A stretch of 64,000 nt of DNA from Minisyncoccota bacterium (GCA_018063165.1 JAGOQU010000001.1:130330-194329), one strand, 5' to 3'. Counted from the first letter of the stretch, positions 19,385 to 28,813 are shown. Numbers and translations: made by a program. Notes: generated from the letters alone by a model not told the origin.

Positions 19385-20151
19385 TGGGTATCTGTAATTA
19401 GTGATTCCCAATAGTTATTATTAGCTCTCCATTGTGAATATGGTCTTGGGTTACCTGCATACATTCCACTATCAAAAAAAATTAAACCTTTCTTTACTCC
19501 CGTTATCCAAGTTTTAAAATTTATTGGATCACCAAAGACAATACTTGTGTAAACACCTTCAGAATTTTTGTTGCATTTAAACCAGCCAAGTTTATTAAAC
19601 TTCTTCTCAACTCTTTTCTTCATTAACTCAGCACTCCAGCTTGCAATTATCAATCTATTTTGTTGAAGATCTTTAGGAACTATATTATTTTTATCTAGTC
19701 TTTTGTCTTTTTCAAATGAATATATCGTGAGAATGTTATCGTATTCATCAATTTCAAGTTTCTGTCCAAAATCATTATATGTATTAATCTTAGGACAAGG
19801 TTTTCCAGACCAAGAGTAACGGTTTTCTTTTTCTACGTTAGGTGCTCCAAAAAATTGAAGAAACTGATCTCTCTTTAAAATATTTACTTTCTTTTTGAAC
19901 AATGAGTAGTCAGGCGACCAGTCACCAAAAGTGGTTTTACTTGCTGTGTGGTTTTTCATTTCAAAACCATCTATATCAGGCGCATTATTTCCATTATGTG
20001 CAATTCCCATTTGTGTTTCAAGCCAATGACCATCTTTACCGTCATGTCCAGCATTTGAAGAAGTGGTGTCAGATTTTTTACCTCTAACTTTTTTATCAAA
20101 TAGAGTGATTATCTTTCTTTTTGTTTCCTCACGATTTTGAGTATTTGTCAT
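19381..20151 (-). CDS. Putative type II restriction endonuclease, MutH/Sau3AI-like PD-(D/E)xK fold
   Basis: Convergent with the methylase and overlapping its stop by 4 bp. The segment HWLETQMGIAHNGNNAPDIDGFEMKNHT resembles the MutH catalytic region [26 protein letters not shown] (PD...ExK). Confidence 0.5.
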   Translation of the reverse strand: MTNTQNREETKRKIITLFDKKVRGKKSDTTSSNAGHDGKDGHWLETQMGIAHNGNNAPDIDGFEMKNHTASKTTFGDWSPDYSLFKKKVNILKRDQFLQFFGAPNVEKENRYSWSGKPCPKINTYNDFGQKLEIDEYDNILTIYSFEKDKRLDKNNIVPKDLQQNRLIIASWSAELMKKRVEKKFNKLGWFKCNKNSEGVYTSIVFGDPINFKTWITGVKKGLIFFDSGMYAGNPRPYSQWRANNNYWESLITDTH

Positions 20152-20181
20152 TAAATGAATACTATCAAATAATGAACTTTA

Positions 20182-20685
20182 TTACGAGTTTTCATTATCT
20201 AAAATAGTCTTTGCTTCAGAAACTAGCGACTTAGTCACACTTAAATTCCAAGCTCTCATCGTACTGTGCCATTTTCTAAATTTTAAGAATTGTCCCCAAG
20301 AAAGTTCTAAGATTTTTTTTGGTTTGTAGTTTTTATAGATTTGCACAATAACAACATATTCAAATTTTTTATCAGGGGTAGTATTATCATTTTCTCCACA
20401 TCCATAAAATACACCAGTAGTTGCCCCAGGTTCTGAAATTGTCTTGATACTGTATCTTTCTCCTTTCCTACTTAGTGCGTCCACATTCTGAGTACCTTCT
20501 GGTGCTGCATGTAATTTTGGTAATCCATTTATTGAATTATATGTCTCAACAACGAGAAATTCACCTCGTTCACCAACCATGTTATTAGTTCTAACAAGCT
20601 CACGTTTTTTAAGTTCTTGTTGAATTTCACCATACGCCAACCATAATTCTTCGTTATTTAGTTGATTAAGATCTATTTTGTTCAT
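20182..20685 (-). CDS. Hypothetical protein in the same operon as the nuclease
   Basis: 167 aa, 30 bp upstream of the nuclease gene. It contains ...NVDALSRKGERYSIKT..., which is only weakly nuclease-like. Confidence 0.45.
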   Translation of the reverse strand: MNKIDLNQLNNEELWLAYGEIQQELKKRELVRTNNMVGERGEFLVVETYNSINGLPKLHAAPEGTQNVDALSRKGERYSIKTISEPGATTGVFYGCGENDNTTPDKKFEYVVIVQIYKNYKPKKILELSWGQFLKFRKWHSTMRAWNLSVTKSLVSEAKTILDNENS

Positions 20686-20705
20686 AAATAGCTTTAGTAA
20701 GTTTC

Positions 20706-21596
20706 TTAGATTTTAAATTTTTTAAATGCACACTTAAAGTAGAGGGTTTGTAGAAATGAAAGAATAGGGTAAAAGATCTTATTTGCTTTTAAAATTTTAG
20801 GTAGTATTGTGTTTGCTAAACCTAAAGAAACTATTCCATACATAGTTGTTAGAAAATTATTTGTAAAAATATTAGTTAACCAAGCTGGTTTATAATTAAA
20901 AAAATAAAATAATCCATAAATAAAAAGGTGAAAAGAACAATATAATGCAGCAACCCATGCTTCAACCTCGTATTCAAAGATTTTAATACCTCTACCATTT
21001 GTACTAACAATATCTTTTTTTAATGATTGGTTTAGGTAATATTTTGACTCAGTTAAATTCTCAAAAATATGTATTTTTTTACCGGATATGAAATACTGTA
21101 AACCTGAAAATATATTGAATACGAAAATAATAATTGAAGCAAGAATTCCATGAAACAAAAATAGTTTCGTTCTTATTGATATGCCAGCAATAGGTCTCGT
21201 TGGTTTTAAATGCTGAATATCTACTTGCTTTAGTATGTCTATGCCGGAAATTATTTTATTATTTTTATCAAAAAAATTGTTTATTTTTATATTATAAAAA
21301 TAATCTTTTTCAGAAATTAACTCTATAGGCCAATCTCTTCCTCTTTTAAAATTTGAAGATGAAATTGTTATACCATTTTCAGTTTCTTTACCATAACTAA
21401 CTGATACAACAACAGGTTTCAGTATATACTCTTTCTCTATGTCTTCATTTCTAATGTACACCCTAAAAAGAGATTTAAACCCCTTAGTTTCTCTTTCTTT
21501 ATAAACAGAAAAGCCAACTTGAGTATCCTGTAAATCAACCGGTTCTAAAAAACCATTTTGAGGTAAATTAAATTTTAATTTAAATTCATTTTTCAC
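20706..21596 (-). CDS. Membrane protein with an N-terminal cytoplasmic domain of about 150 aa followed by 4 TM helices
   Basis: 296-aa ORF, first gene after tRNA-Gln and 20 bp upstream of the 167-aa gene. No domain recognised. Confidence 0.5.
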   Translation of the reverse strand: MKNEFKLKFNLPQNGFLEPVDLQDTQVGFSVYKERETKGFKSLFRVYIRNEDIEKEYILKPVVVSVSYGKETENGITISSSNFKRGRDWPIELISEKDYFYNIKINNFFDKNNKIISGIDILKQVDIQHLKPTRPIAGISIRTKLFLFHGILASIIIFVFNIFSGLQYFISGKKIHIFENLTESKYYLNQSLKKDIVSTNGRGIKIFEYEVEAWVAALYCSFHLFIYGLFYFFNYKPAWLTNIFTNNFLTTMYGIVSLGLANTILPKILKANKIFYPILSFLQTLYFKCAFKKFKI

Positions 21597-21640
21597 TTTT
21601 TAAGTTTTAAGCTCTTCGGGCACTTGAATCTGATTCAACT

Positions 21641-21714
21641 TGGCTGGGGTACAAGGACTCGAACCTCGATACTCAGGACCAAAACCTGATGTCCTACCAT
21701 TAGACGATACCCCA
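21641..21714 (-). tRNA. tRNA-Gln (anticodon UUG)
   Basis: My own fold. Acceptor TGGGGTA/TACCCCA with U1-A72 (typical of bacterial tRNA-Gln). D-stem GTCT/GGAC. Anticodon stem TCAGG/CCTGA with loop TTTTGGT. T-arm CGAGG-TTCGAGT-CCTTG, discriminator G, then CCA. Confidence 0.85.
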
Positions 21715-21875
21715 ATGTAATATGTAGCACGTACTTACTCTTTATTGTCCTTCATATCAAGGACAGTAATCTCTTAGATAACCGAGAGACTACACTTAGA
21801 AGATACTATCATATTTAAAGTTTTTTTTCCATTAAAGTATGTGTGTAAAATAGATAATAAAGAAATGATACTTCT

Positions 21876-22310
21876 TTATATTTCTTTTGATAAAGAAAGA
21901 ATAGCTTCTGTTTCTTTTTGATTAAAAATACCTGTATCTAAAAAAAGATTTTTTGCTCGTGTAAGACGAGGGCCTTTATATGTTTTTAGTATTGTTTTTG
22001 CGTAGGGTTGTATATCTTGTATAGAACCTTTTCGAATATCTTCTTTTGAAAGTAACTGTTCTTCAAACATATAGTCAAGTGCAAATGGTGTACCTAAACG
22101 TATTTCTTCAAAAGCTTTATCTAATAATTCTTTTTTTACCCATTCATATGTAAGTGATGTTTCGCTAGTTACTTCTATGTTAAAAAGAAAAAGTAAATCT
22201 TCTTGAATGTGTCTAAATTTTGGAACAAATTCAATAATTGTTTCATTAGAAGGTGATATGGGTGATCTTTTTTCTAAAGAAATAGTAGAATTATTTTGAA
22301 GTGACTCCAT
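21876..22310 (-). CDS. Hypothetical protein
   Basis: 144-aa ORF, no motif recognised. Confidence 0.45.
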   Translation of the reverse strand: MESLQNNSTISLEKRSPISPSNETIIEFVPKFRHIQEDLLFLFNIEVTSETSLTYEWVKKELLDKAFEEIRLGTPFALDYMFEEQLLSKEDIRKGSIQDIQPYAKTILKTYKGPRLTRAKNLFLDTGIFNQKETEAILSLSKEI

Positions 22311-22519
22311 ATATATAAAGTATAATCATCTTTATATAAATAAACAAACAAAGAAAAATATTTTTTGTCAATTATTACTATGTTTTTTGTCTTGTTTTTG
22401 AACAGATATGTTGATGTATATTTTTTTACACAACAACACAAAAAAATCGCTTGCGCGAGAATAGAAAGAGAGAGTATACTCATTTCTATTACTACGTTAT
22501 TTTTTATATTCCTCTTTGT

Positions 22520-22771
22520 ATGTCGCAAGAATTTTCACCAACACAAATAGCTACCGAGAACGTTGATGCAAATACAGTACGATCATTGTTTAAATTAGAA
22601 GGACAGTTTTTACACAAACATACATTAGCTACACAAGAATATAATAAAGCACTTTCAATTGCAGAAAATATAGATGACAGAGAGGAGACATCTGTTCCAT
22701 ATAGAAGAAATGCAGTATACGCAGCGTCACTTCTTACTATTGCAAGTTTGCGAGGTGCTCAAATTGCATAA
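22520..22771 (+). CDS. Hypothetical small protein
   Basis: 83 aa from the internal Met. Confidence 0.3.
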   Translation: MSQEFSPTQIATENVDANTVRSLFKLEGQFLHKHTLATQEYNKALSIAENIDDREETSVPYRRNAVYAASLLTIASLRGAQIA

Positions 22772-22884
22772 CATACTATTCTTTTTTAAAAAAAGGTATA
22801 CACAGATATATCTTGACGTTTTCTTCTTTTTATGAGAGAGTAAAAGTATATTTGACCTTATAAATTAAAGGTAAAATTAAAAAC

Positions 22885-23178
22885 ATGGCACTTAGTAAAG
22901 ACTTATCAAAGATCCTTGAGGAATCCGCACTTACTTTTGAAGAGGTGAGGGCTTTTGAAACAGGCTTACTTTTGCTTACTCCAGAAGAACAAGATGAGTT
23001 CATGGAGATTATTAAGCAAGATCCAGAATTAATTTATCCTTTGTATATTAATTTTAAAGTGAAGTTGCGCGCAGTACATGGCACAGAAGAAGAATGGTCT
23101 GAAGCAATAGAAACAGAAATAGTTCAGCTTGAAGAATATATAGCAAAAAGAAAAAAAGTTGGCAGTGAGATACGTTAA
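22885..23178 (+). CDS. Hypothetical acidic protein
   Basis: 97-aa E-rich ORF followed by a strong terminator. Confidence 0.45.
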   Translation: MALSKDLSKILEESALTFEEVRAFETGLLLLTPEEQDEFMEIIKQDPELIYPLYINFKVKLRAVHGTEEEWSEAIETEIVQLEEYIAKRKKVGSEIR

Positions 23179-23195
23179 GATACATATATAAAAAA

Positions 23196-23226
23196 GTGGA
23201 AACCGAAGGTTTCCACTTTTTTTGTT
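23196..23226 (+). terminator. Rho-independent terminator
   Basis: GTGGAAACCgaaGGTTTCCAC followed by TTTTTTTGTT. Confidence 0.75.
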
Positions 23227-23280
23227 GTGGGTACTATGATATTTTTCTTGATATATACATGTGATACACTTGTATATACT

Positions 23281-23820
23281 ATGAAACATTTAGTTACGAG
23301 TCTCACGCTTATCATGCACAGAAAAGATAGTAGATGGGTTATTATCATTGCAACACTTGTTTGTATGCTGTTGTTACTCCTTTTGCAAAATGGTAAAGCT
23401 GCTAATGAGATACTTAACCTTGAAATACTTTCATTTGGTAAACGTATATCTCTTGCAACAAGAACGTTATTTGATATACAAAATACTTTTACAGCGGGTG
23501 CTCTCATTCTTGCTGTACTTGGTTCTTTTTTGGGAGGTATTAATTTATCACTAGCATATACATATATGAGGTTGAGGGGGGAAGTGCTTTTACATAGTGG
23601 ACTATATAGTGGCATCGGACTTCTTTTTGCTTTTTTTGGTATCGGGTGTGCTGCGTGTGGTACTGCACTTCTTAGTATTATTCTTAGTTTTTTTGGTTTT
23701 TCAGCAATGCTGGATGTATTGCCGTATCAAGGTCAGGAAATTGGTTATATAGGGTTACTTCTTTTGTGTATAGCGACCTATACACTAGCTCATAAAGTGG
23801 CAGTACCTAATGTGTGTTAA
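23281..23820 (+). CDS. Polytopic membrane protein
   Basis: About 5 TM helices and a GIGCAACGT segment. No family recognised. Confidence 0.45.
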   Translation: MKHLVTSLTLIMHRKDSRWVIIIATLVCMLLLLLLQNGKAANEILNLEILSFGKRISLATRTLFDIQNTFTAGALILAVLGSFLGGINLSLAYTYMRLRGEVLLHSGLYSGIGLLFAFFGIGCAACGTALLSIILSFFGFSAMLDVLPYQGQEIGYIGLLLLCIATYTLAHKVAVPNVC

Positions 23821-23829
23821 ACTCTATAT

Positions 23830-24414
23830 ATGTCAGCACATGGAGCAGGTATTCCGAAAACAGCGAATAAGTTTTTGATTTTTTTGGCGGGTATTATTAT
23901 CTCTGCATTTGTGTATCATGTTCAAAATTCTGGGCTTGTTGAACTTGGATTACCAAACACAGTACCAAATATGGTTGGGGTGTATTATAAGGTTACAAAA
24001 GTTACAGATGGGGACACTATACATATAGAAATGGATGGTCGTGACGAGGTGGTAAGATTTATTGGTATCAATACACCAGAAACAGTTGACCCACGACGTG
24101 AAGTAGAGTGTTTTGGTAAAGAGGCTAGTTCTCGTATGAAAGAGCTCGCTAGTGGCAAAATTGTACGTCTAGAGTATGACGAATCTCAGAGTACAAGAGA
24201 TACATATAATAGAATACTCGCATATGTATATCTTGAAGATAATCAAATGCTTAATCGTAAAATGATAGCAGAAGGATACGCTTATGAGTATACGTATTTA
24301 ACACCATATAAATATCAAAAAGAATTTAGAGATTTGCAGGCGTTTGCAAGAAATAGTGAAAGAGGTTTGTGGTCACCAGAGAGTTGTAATGGTAGTAAAA
24401 AAATAAAACGATAA
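23830..24414 (+). CDS. Thermonuclease (staphylococcal nuclease-like), membrane-anchored
   Basis: TM anchor, then the SNase core VTDGDTIHIEMDGRDEVVRFIGINTPETVDPRREVECFGKEAS...YNRILAYVYLEDNQMLNRKMIAEGYA. Confidence 0.85.
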   Translation: MSAHGAGIPKTANKFLIFLAGIIISAFVYHVQNSGLVELGLPNTVPNMVGVYYKVTKVTDGDTIHIEMDGRDEVVRFIGINTPETVDPRREVECFGKEASSRMKELASGKIVRLEYDESQSTRDTYNRILAYVYLEDNQMLNRKMIAEGYAYEYTYLTPYKYQKEFRDLQAFARNSERGLWSPESCNGSKKIKR

Positions 24415-24423
24415 TTTATATTT

Positions 24424-25140
24424 ATGGAATCAATAAAATTTCTTATTACTTTTTTGTTTAGAATATCAATAGTTATATTTTTAGTTGCATTTGTGTGGTG
24501 GCTTGTGTCTGTCCTTGCACCATCTTTTAGTCCAAAAGCTTTGATATTAGGAAGACCAGCTACAGCACTTGATAAAGAAGGGTGGCTTCCTTCACCTCGA
24601 AATTTTAATGGATTATTTGGAAAAGTAAAAGCGCCAAGTAGTCAAGATAATGTATATGACGGAACATTGTATATATATAAGAGTGACACACAATATGAGC
24701 ATAACAATACTGTAGAATATATTTCTTATTCGTATCCATCATATGCAAATCAGGGGATAAAAAAAGCCACAAGTACGAATGTTTCATCTGTTCAAAATAC
24801 AAATAATGCACCTAAGAGTCTCTACATACGAAATCTTTCATTATATCAAAATGGTCGTATATATCAGGGTATTTCTTTTACAGGCGAAGCTAAAAACATT
24901 ATGTTTTTGCAAGGAAAATTTCCTGTTGTAATTGTCGATCAGGCTACAGGAAGAGTAATATCTGTTTCTTTTGCTGAAGCGACAACCGATTGGGCTATTC
25001 CTGGTTGGGTACGTTTTAAAGTTACAATTAATAATGTTGGAGCAAATAAAATACCTTGTACTATGGTTTTTGAACAGGCACGGGTTCAAAATTCTCAAGC
25101 TGTACCATCTCGTGTAGCTGTACCATTTATTTGTAATTAA
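24424..25140 (+). CDS. Secreted or membrane-anchored hypothetical protein
   Basis: N-terminal TM followed by a beta-rich domain. Confidence 0.5.
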   Translation: MESIKFLITFLFRISIVIFLVAFVWWLVSVLAPSFSPKALILGRPATALDKEGWLPSPRNFNGLFGKVKAPSSQDNVYDGTLYIYKSDTQYEHNNTVEYISYSYPSYANQGIKKATSTNVSSVQNTNNAPKSLYIRNLSLYQNGRIYQGISFTGEAKNIMFLQGKFPVVIVDQATGRVISVSFAEATTDWAIPGWVRFKVTINNVGANKIPCTMVFEQARVQNSQAVPSRVAVPFICN

Positions 25141-25154
25141 TTTTTTTAGAGAAT

Positions 25155-25188
25155 AAAAAAACGCTCACACTGTGTGAGCGATTTTTGT
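25155..25188. terminator. Bidirectional terminator
   Basis: CGCTCACACtgtGTGTGAGCG flanked by an A-run and a T-run, between convergent genes. Confidence 0.7.
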
Positions 25189-25210
25189 GTAACCTGGTTG
25201 TTATATGATC

Positions 25211-25453
25211 TTACAGATCACCCGCGGCTGCACGTTTGTAGTCTTTTCTTTTTTGACTAACTCTTGGCATTCTTGCTTTTTCTTTTTTAATATATTTTGC
25301 CCTTATTTCCTCCACTATTACATCCCTAAATGGAGTTTCTTTCATGATTTTATCAAAAGAATCTTTCCCCATGATTCTTTCTGCTTCTGCAACAAAGTCA
25401 CTCGTAGACATTTTTTCAAGAAGCAAAACATCTTCCTCAGTAAACATAGCCAT
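25211..25453 (-). CDS. Hypothetical small protein
   Basis: 80 aa from the internal Met, with a basic C-terminus. Confidence 0.4.
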   Translation of the reverse strand: MAMFTEEDVLLLEKMSTSDFVAEAERIMGKDSFDKIMKETPFRDVIVEEIRAKYIKKEKARMPRVSQKRKDYKRAAAGDL

Positions 25454-25593
25454 AAAGGTACCTTTCTTTAGTGATGGTGTATATTTATTATACAATATTT
25501 ATGATAAAAAGTCAAATTTATAATAATTGATTATAATATTTTTTTTAAACAAAAAGCATTCCAAATAGGAATGCTTTTTAAGGTCTGGGTACA

Positions 25594-25848
25594 TTATTTT
25601 TTTGGTACCACTTTTATTTTTGCTGACCTTCTTTTTGATATACCACTTCTTTTACCACCAAGAGAGCTAATACACTGTTTAACCCTTAAAGGAACATCAC
25701 GGTAGCTATTATAGCCAAAGTATTTTGCTGCTTCCCAGATGTTGTAAATATGTATCGGGTAGTTGTACATTTTTGCACGCTCTCTGATCTTTGCTGCAAG
25801 CTCTTGCTCTTCTTCAGTGAAAACAAGGGTCTCTTTTTTTGTGGCCAT
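25594..25848 (-). CDS. Hypothetical small basic protein
   Basis: 84 aa with a K/R-rich C-terminal tail. Followed by a hairpin terminator at about 25553-25583. Confidence 0.45.
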   Translation of the reverse strand: MATKKETLVFTEEEQELAAKIRERAKMYNYPIHIYNIWEAAKYFGYNSYRDVPLRVKQCISSLGGKRSGISKRRSAKIKVVPKK

Positions 25849-25938
25849 GTAAAGCCTCCTTTCATAAAAAACAACAAAAACACTTTATCATAAAAATGAT
25901 AAAGTGTCAATGTTTTGGTTACTGCGGTATGAGTTGTT

Positions 25939-26385
25939 TTACGCTGTAAGTCTATCTATAACAGCTTTTACAATAGCACCATCTGCTGTGTCTCCAAGTT
26001 CTTTCATCATGAGTCCTACGAATTGTCCTTTCTTAGTAGGGTCAAGTGGTGATTCTGCTAGTTTTGCAGATACTTTACTTTCTATTTCAGCTTCTGTCAT
26101 TTGAGCTGGAAGAAATTCTTCAATGATAGCAAGTTCTGCTTTTTCATCTTCTGCGAGTTCTGGACGACCACCAGAAATATATTGTTCAATAGAGTCTTTT
26201 CTTTGTTTTGATAGACGTTTAATAACTTTCATGCAGTCTGCATCTGACAATGGATCAGTTGGAGGGTGGCCTTGAGTAACGAGTTCATTAGTAAATGCAG
26301 CCATGATCATACGAATAGTACCTACACGCACACTATCCTTAGCTATCATAGCTGGTTTAAGTGCTGATTTAATTTGTTCTTGCAT
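25939..26385 (-). CDS. GatB/YqeY domain protein
   Basis: MQEQIKSALKPAMIAKDSVRVGTIRMIMAAF...AEIESKV matches the YqeY/GatB C-terminal domain family. Confidence 0.85.
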   Translation of the reverse strand: MQEQIKSALKPAMIAKDSVRVGTIRMIMAAFTNELVTQGHPPTDPLSDADCMKVIKRLSKQRKDSIEQYISGGRPELAEDEKAELAIIEEFLPAQMTEAEIESKVSAKLAESPLDPTKKGQFVGLMMKELGDTADGAIVKAVIDRLTA

Positions 26386-26478
26386 AATGTATGTATTCTA
26401 TCATGAGCTTGATAATTATAAAAAGAAAATACCCCAATAATGAATTATGTGGGGTCTTCTTATATAAGAAGTGGTGTA

Positions 26479-26805
26479 TTAGACTTCTTCTAATTTTGTA
26501 ACATAGAAAGCATTAGGTAATTCTGAAATACCTCCAACATAACAACGTGAACCATTGTCCATGTTTGCCATTACCTGAGGAACAGATACTACATTTGGAT
26601 GGAGTAAAAGAAATTCGCTCCACCTGCCGAGATCTTTGCTGTTGTTGTCTATTGAATATTCAACAACTTCAACACTTGGTAAATTAGTACGTATCCAGTC
26701 TTTTGCTTCTTCGCAAAAATGACATTTAGGTGTTTTTCTTACAAAAATTTCAAGAAAAAGTATTCTTTCTTTTTTAAGAAGTTGTCTAAGCATAACCATT
26801 ATCAT
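26479..26805 (-). CDS. Glutaredoxin-like (NrdH-type) thioredoxin-fold protein
   Basis: 108 aa from the internal Met, with a CHFC active-site motif near the N-terminus and a GAGAGGAA RBS. The ORF-track N-terminal extension is probably spurious. Confidence 0.55.
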   Translation of the reverse strand: MIMVMLRQLLKKERILFLEIFVRKTPKCHFCEEAKDWIRTNLPSVEVVEYSIDNNSKDLGRWSEFLLLHPNVVSVPQVMANMDNGSRCYVGGISELPNAFYVTKLEEV

Positions 26806-26934
26806 TTCCTCTCGATGTAAAAAAGAACAAATATCAAAGTAACATAATGTCACTGAGTATTTATTAATAACATATTTATATACTTCTTTGCAAATTTTAT
26901 GTTTGAGAAGTTTGTCATGATACACTAAAAATAT

Positions 26935-27996
26935 ATGACTTCGACAACAATCGCTATTATTATTTTCGGTGTTCTTATCGTTGTACTCCTTGTTATTATT
27001 CTTATTCGTACATATTCTTCCAAAAAAGACGACATAGACGATCAATCTTTTCTTATTCTTCAAGATCAACTTGAGCGCTTACGCAATACTGTAGAAAATA
27101 AATTAGAAAGATCGTCTTCTGATCTTCATCAGGTGCTTCATCGTCAGAATACAGAAGCAACAAGACTTATTACAGAAATTACACGTGAGCTTACTGAAGT
27201 AAAAGAAGGTAATAAACAAGTTTTTTCTATGACTGAGCAACTTCAGAATCTTGAAAAAGTGCTTACTCATCAAAAGCAGCGCGGAAATCTAGGAGAAGCA
27301 TCTCTTGAACTTATTCTTTCTAATATGCTTGCACCAGGTCAATATGAAATGCAGTATTATTTTAAAAATGGAGAAGTTGTAGACGCTGTTATACATACAA
27401 AAGAAGGAATAATACCAATAGACGCAAAGTATTCACTTGATAATTATCAGCGTCTTATGAACGCAACAGATGAAGAAGATACAGCATATTATCAAAATGA
27501 ATTTAAAAAAGATATACAGAAGCGTATCGACGAAACTTCAAAATACATACGACCAGAAGAAGGAACGCTCCCATTTGCATTTATGTTTATACCAGCTGAG
27601 GGTATCTATTATGACCTTCTTGTTAATCAAGTGTCACGTGGTGCTGTTAATACTCAAAATTTAATTGAATATGCATATAACAAACGTAAAGTAATTATTG
27701 TTTCTCCTACTACATTTTATGCATACTTACAGTCAGTATTGTATGGTTTTAAAGCATTTAAAATAGAAGAAAGTGCAAAACATATTGAAAAGCGTGTGGA
27801 AGAACTTGGTAAACATCTTGAAGCATTTGAAGAATATATGAAAAAACTAGGTGTTACTTTAGGTACAAGTGTTAATCATTATAATACTGCATATAAAGAG
27901 TTAAAAAAGGTAGATAAAGATGTTCTTCGTATTACAGGAGATACTATTGGTATAGAGCCAACACTTCTTGATAAGCCTAGTTTTGAAGAAGAATAA
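26935..27996 (+). CDS. rmuC: DNA recombination protein RmuC
   Basis: N-terminal TM and coiled coil, then the RmuC nuclease-like core (GNLGEASLELIL...PIDAKYSLDNYQRL...PFAFMFIPAEGIYYDLL). Confidence 0.85.
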   Translation: MTSTTIAIIIFGVLIVVLLVIILIRTYSSKKDDIDDQSFLILQDQLERLRNTVENKLERSSSDLHQVLHRQNTEATRLITEITRELTEVKEGNKQVFSMTEQLQNLEKVLTHQKQRGNLGEASLELILSNMLAPGQYEMQYYFKNGEVVDAVIHTKEGIIPIDAKYSLDNYQRLMNATDEEDTAYYQNEFKKDIQKRIDETSKYIRPEEGTLPFAFMFIPAEGIYYDLLVNQVSRGAVNTQNLIEYAYNKRKVIIVSPTTFYAYLQSVLYGFKAFKIEESAKHIEKRVEELGKHLEAFEEYMKKLGVTLGTSVNHYNTAYKELKKVDKDVLRITGDTIGIEPTLLDKPSFEEE

Positions 27997-28046
27997 CAAA
28001 AAACTGCTCTTACAAGAGCAGTTTTTATATAATGAAATTTACGTAA

Positions 28047-28235
28047 TTAGTATTTTTTTTGCAAAAATCTTCGTACCGAATTAACAATGTCTTCTTTTTT
28101 TAAAAAGATATAAATAATACAACAAAAGATTGCTAAACCTATTAAAAAAGATAATAACCAAAGAGGCCAATTGACCTCATCGACACTTTCTAAGTACGAA
28201 TACCCAGGGTACGCTTTTACTAAATATGTTTCCAT
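28047..28235 (-). CDS. Small membrane protein
   Basis: 62 aa with one TM helix. Confidence 0.3.
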   Translation of the reverse strand: METYLVKAYPGYSYLESVDEVNWPLWLLSFLIGLAIFCCIIYIFLKKEDIVNSVRRFLQKKY

Positions 28236-28335
28236 TAAAACCTTTCACTGTATAAAGATCAAGTATACTTTAACACACACACTAAAATAGTCTACAACTA
28301 TAAAATAATATGTCAAGACATCTTATGATTTTCCC

Positions 28336-28364
28336 TTGCAGAGTTTTACTAAATAGTGTATAAT
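28336..28364 (+). promoter_or_regulatory. Sigma70-like promoter for rplU (TTGCAG, 17-nt spacer, TATAAT)
   Basis: The -10 box ends 9 nt before the rplU ATG, which implies a leaderless or near-leaderless transcript. Confidence 0.45.
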
Positions 28365-28373
28365 TTCAAAACT

Positions 28374-28691
28374 ATGTCATTCGCAGTTATACAAACAGGG
28401 GGAAAACAATATAAAGTTGCCGTTGGTGATGAAATCGCAGTTGAGAAAATCAAAGGTGATTACAACGTTGGTGACAAAATTACTATAGAATCAGTTGTTC
28501 TTAAAGATGATGGAAAGGTTACAGAACTTGGTGCTCCGTATATCGCAGGATCTACTGTTTCTGCTACTATTACAGAATCAGGTAAATTAGACAAGGTTAT
28601 GGTGGTTCGATATCGTCAGAAATCACGTTATCATAAACGTAATGGTCATCGTCAGCCGTACATGACTCTTAAAATAGACGCAATTAAGTAA
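28374..28691 (+). CDS. rplU: 50S ribosomal protein bL21
   Basis: MSFAVIQTGGKQYKVAVGDEIAVEKIKG..., 105 aa. Start placed at the internal Met that matches bL21 N-termini. Confidence 0.9.
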   Translation: MSFAVIQTGGKQYKVAVGDEIAVEKIKGDYNVGDKITIESVVLKDDGKVTELGAPYIAGSTVSATITESGKLDKVMVVRYRQKSRYHKRNGHRQPYMTLKIDAIK

Positions 28692-28695
28692 CAAT

Positions 28696-28721
28696 AAAAA
28701 CCGCTCATATGAGCGGTTTTT
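28696..28721 (+). terminator. Rho-independent terminator
   Basis: CCGCTCATATGAGCGG followed by TTTTT. Confidence 0.75.
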
Positions 28722-28813
28722 AGTTTCTTTATATATAACACTTTTTGCATTTTTGTCAATAAAATGATAGTCTAGTATCATTCGTTAGTTCTTTTATTAT
28801 GTGAAAGGGTATT

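Noticed and set aside
26806-27069. N-terminal 88-codon extension of the glutaredoxin-like ORF
   Set aside because: The extension is N/K-rich, overlaps the divergent rmuC start region, and the internal Met has a proper RBS and gives a typical ~108-aa glutaredoxin. The extension is probably not translated.
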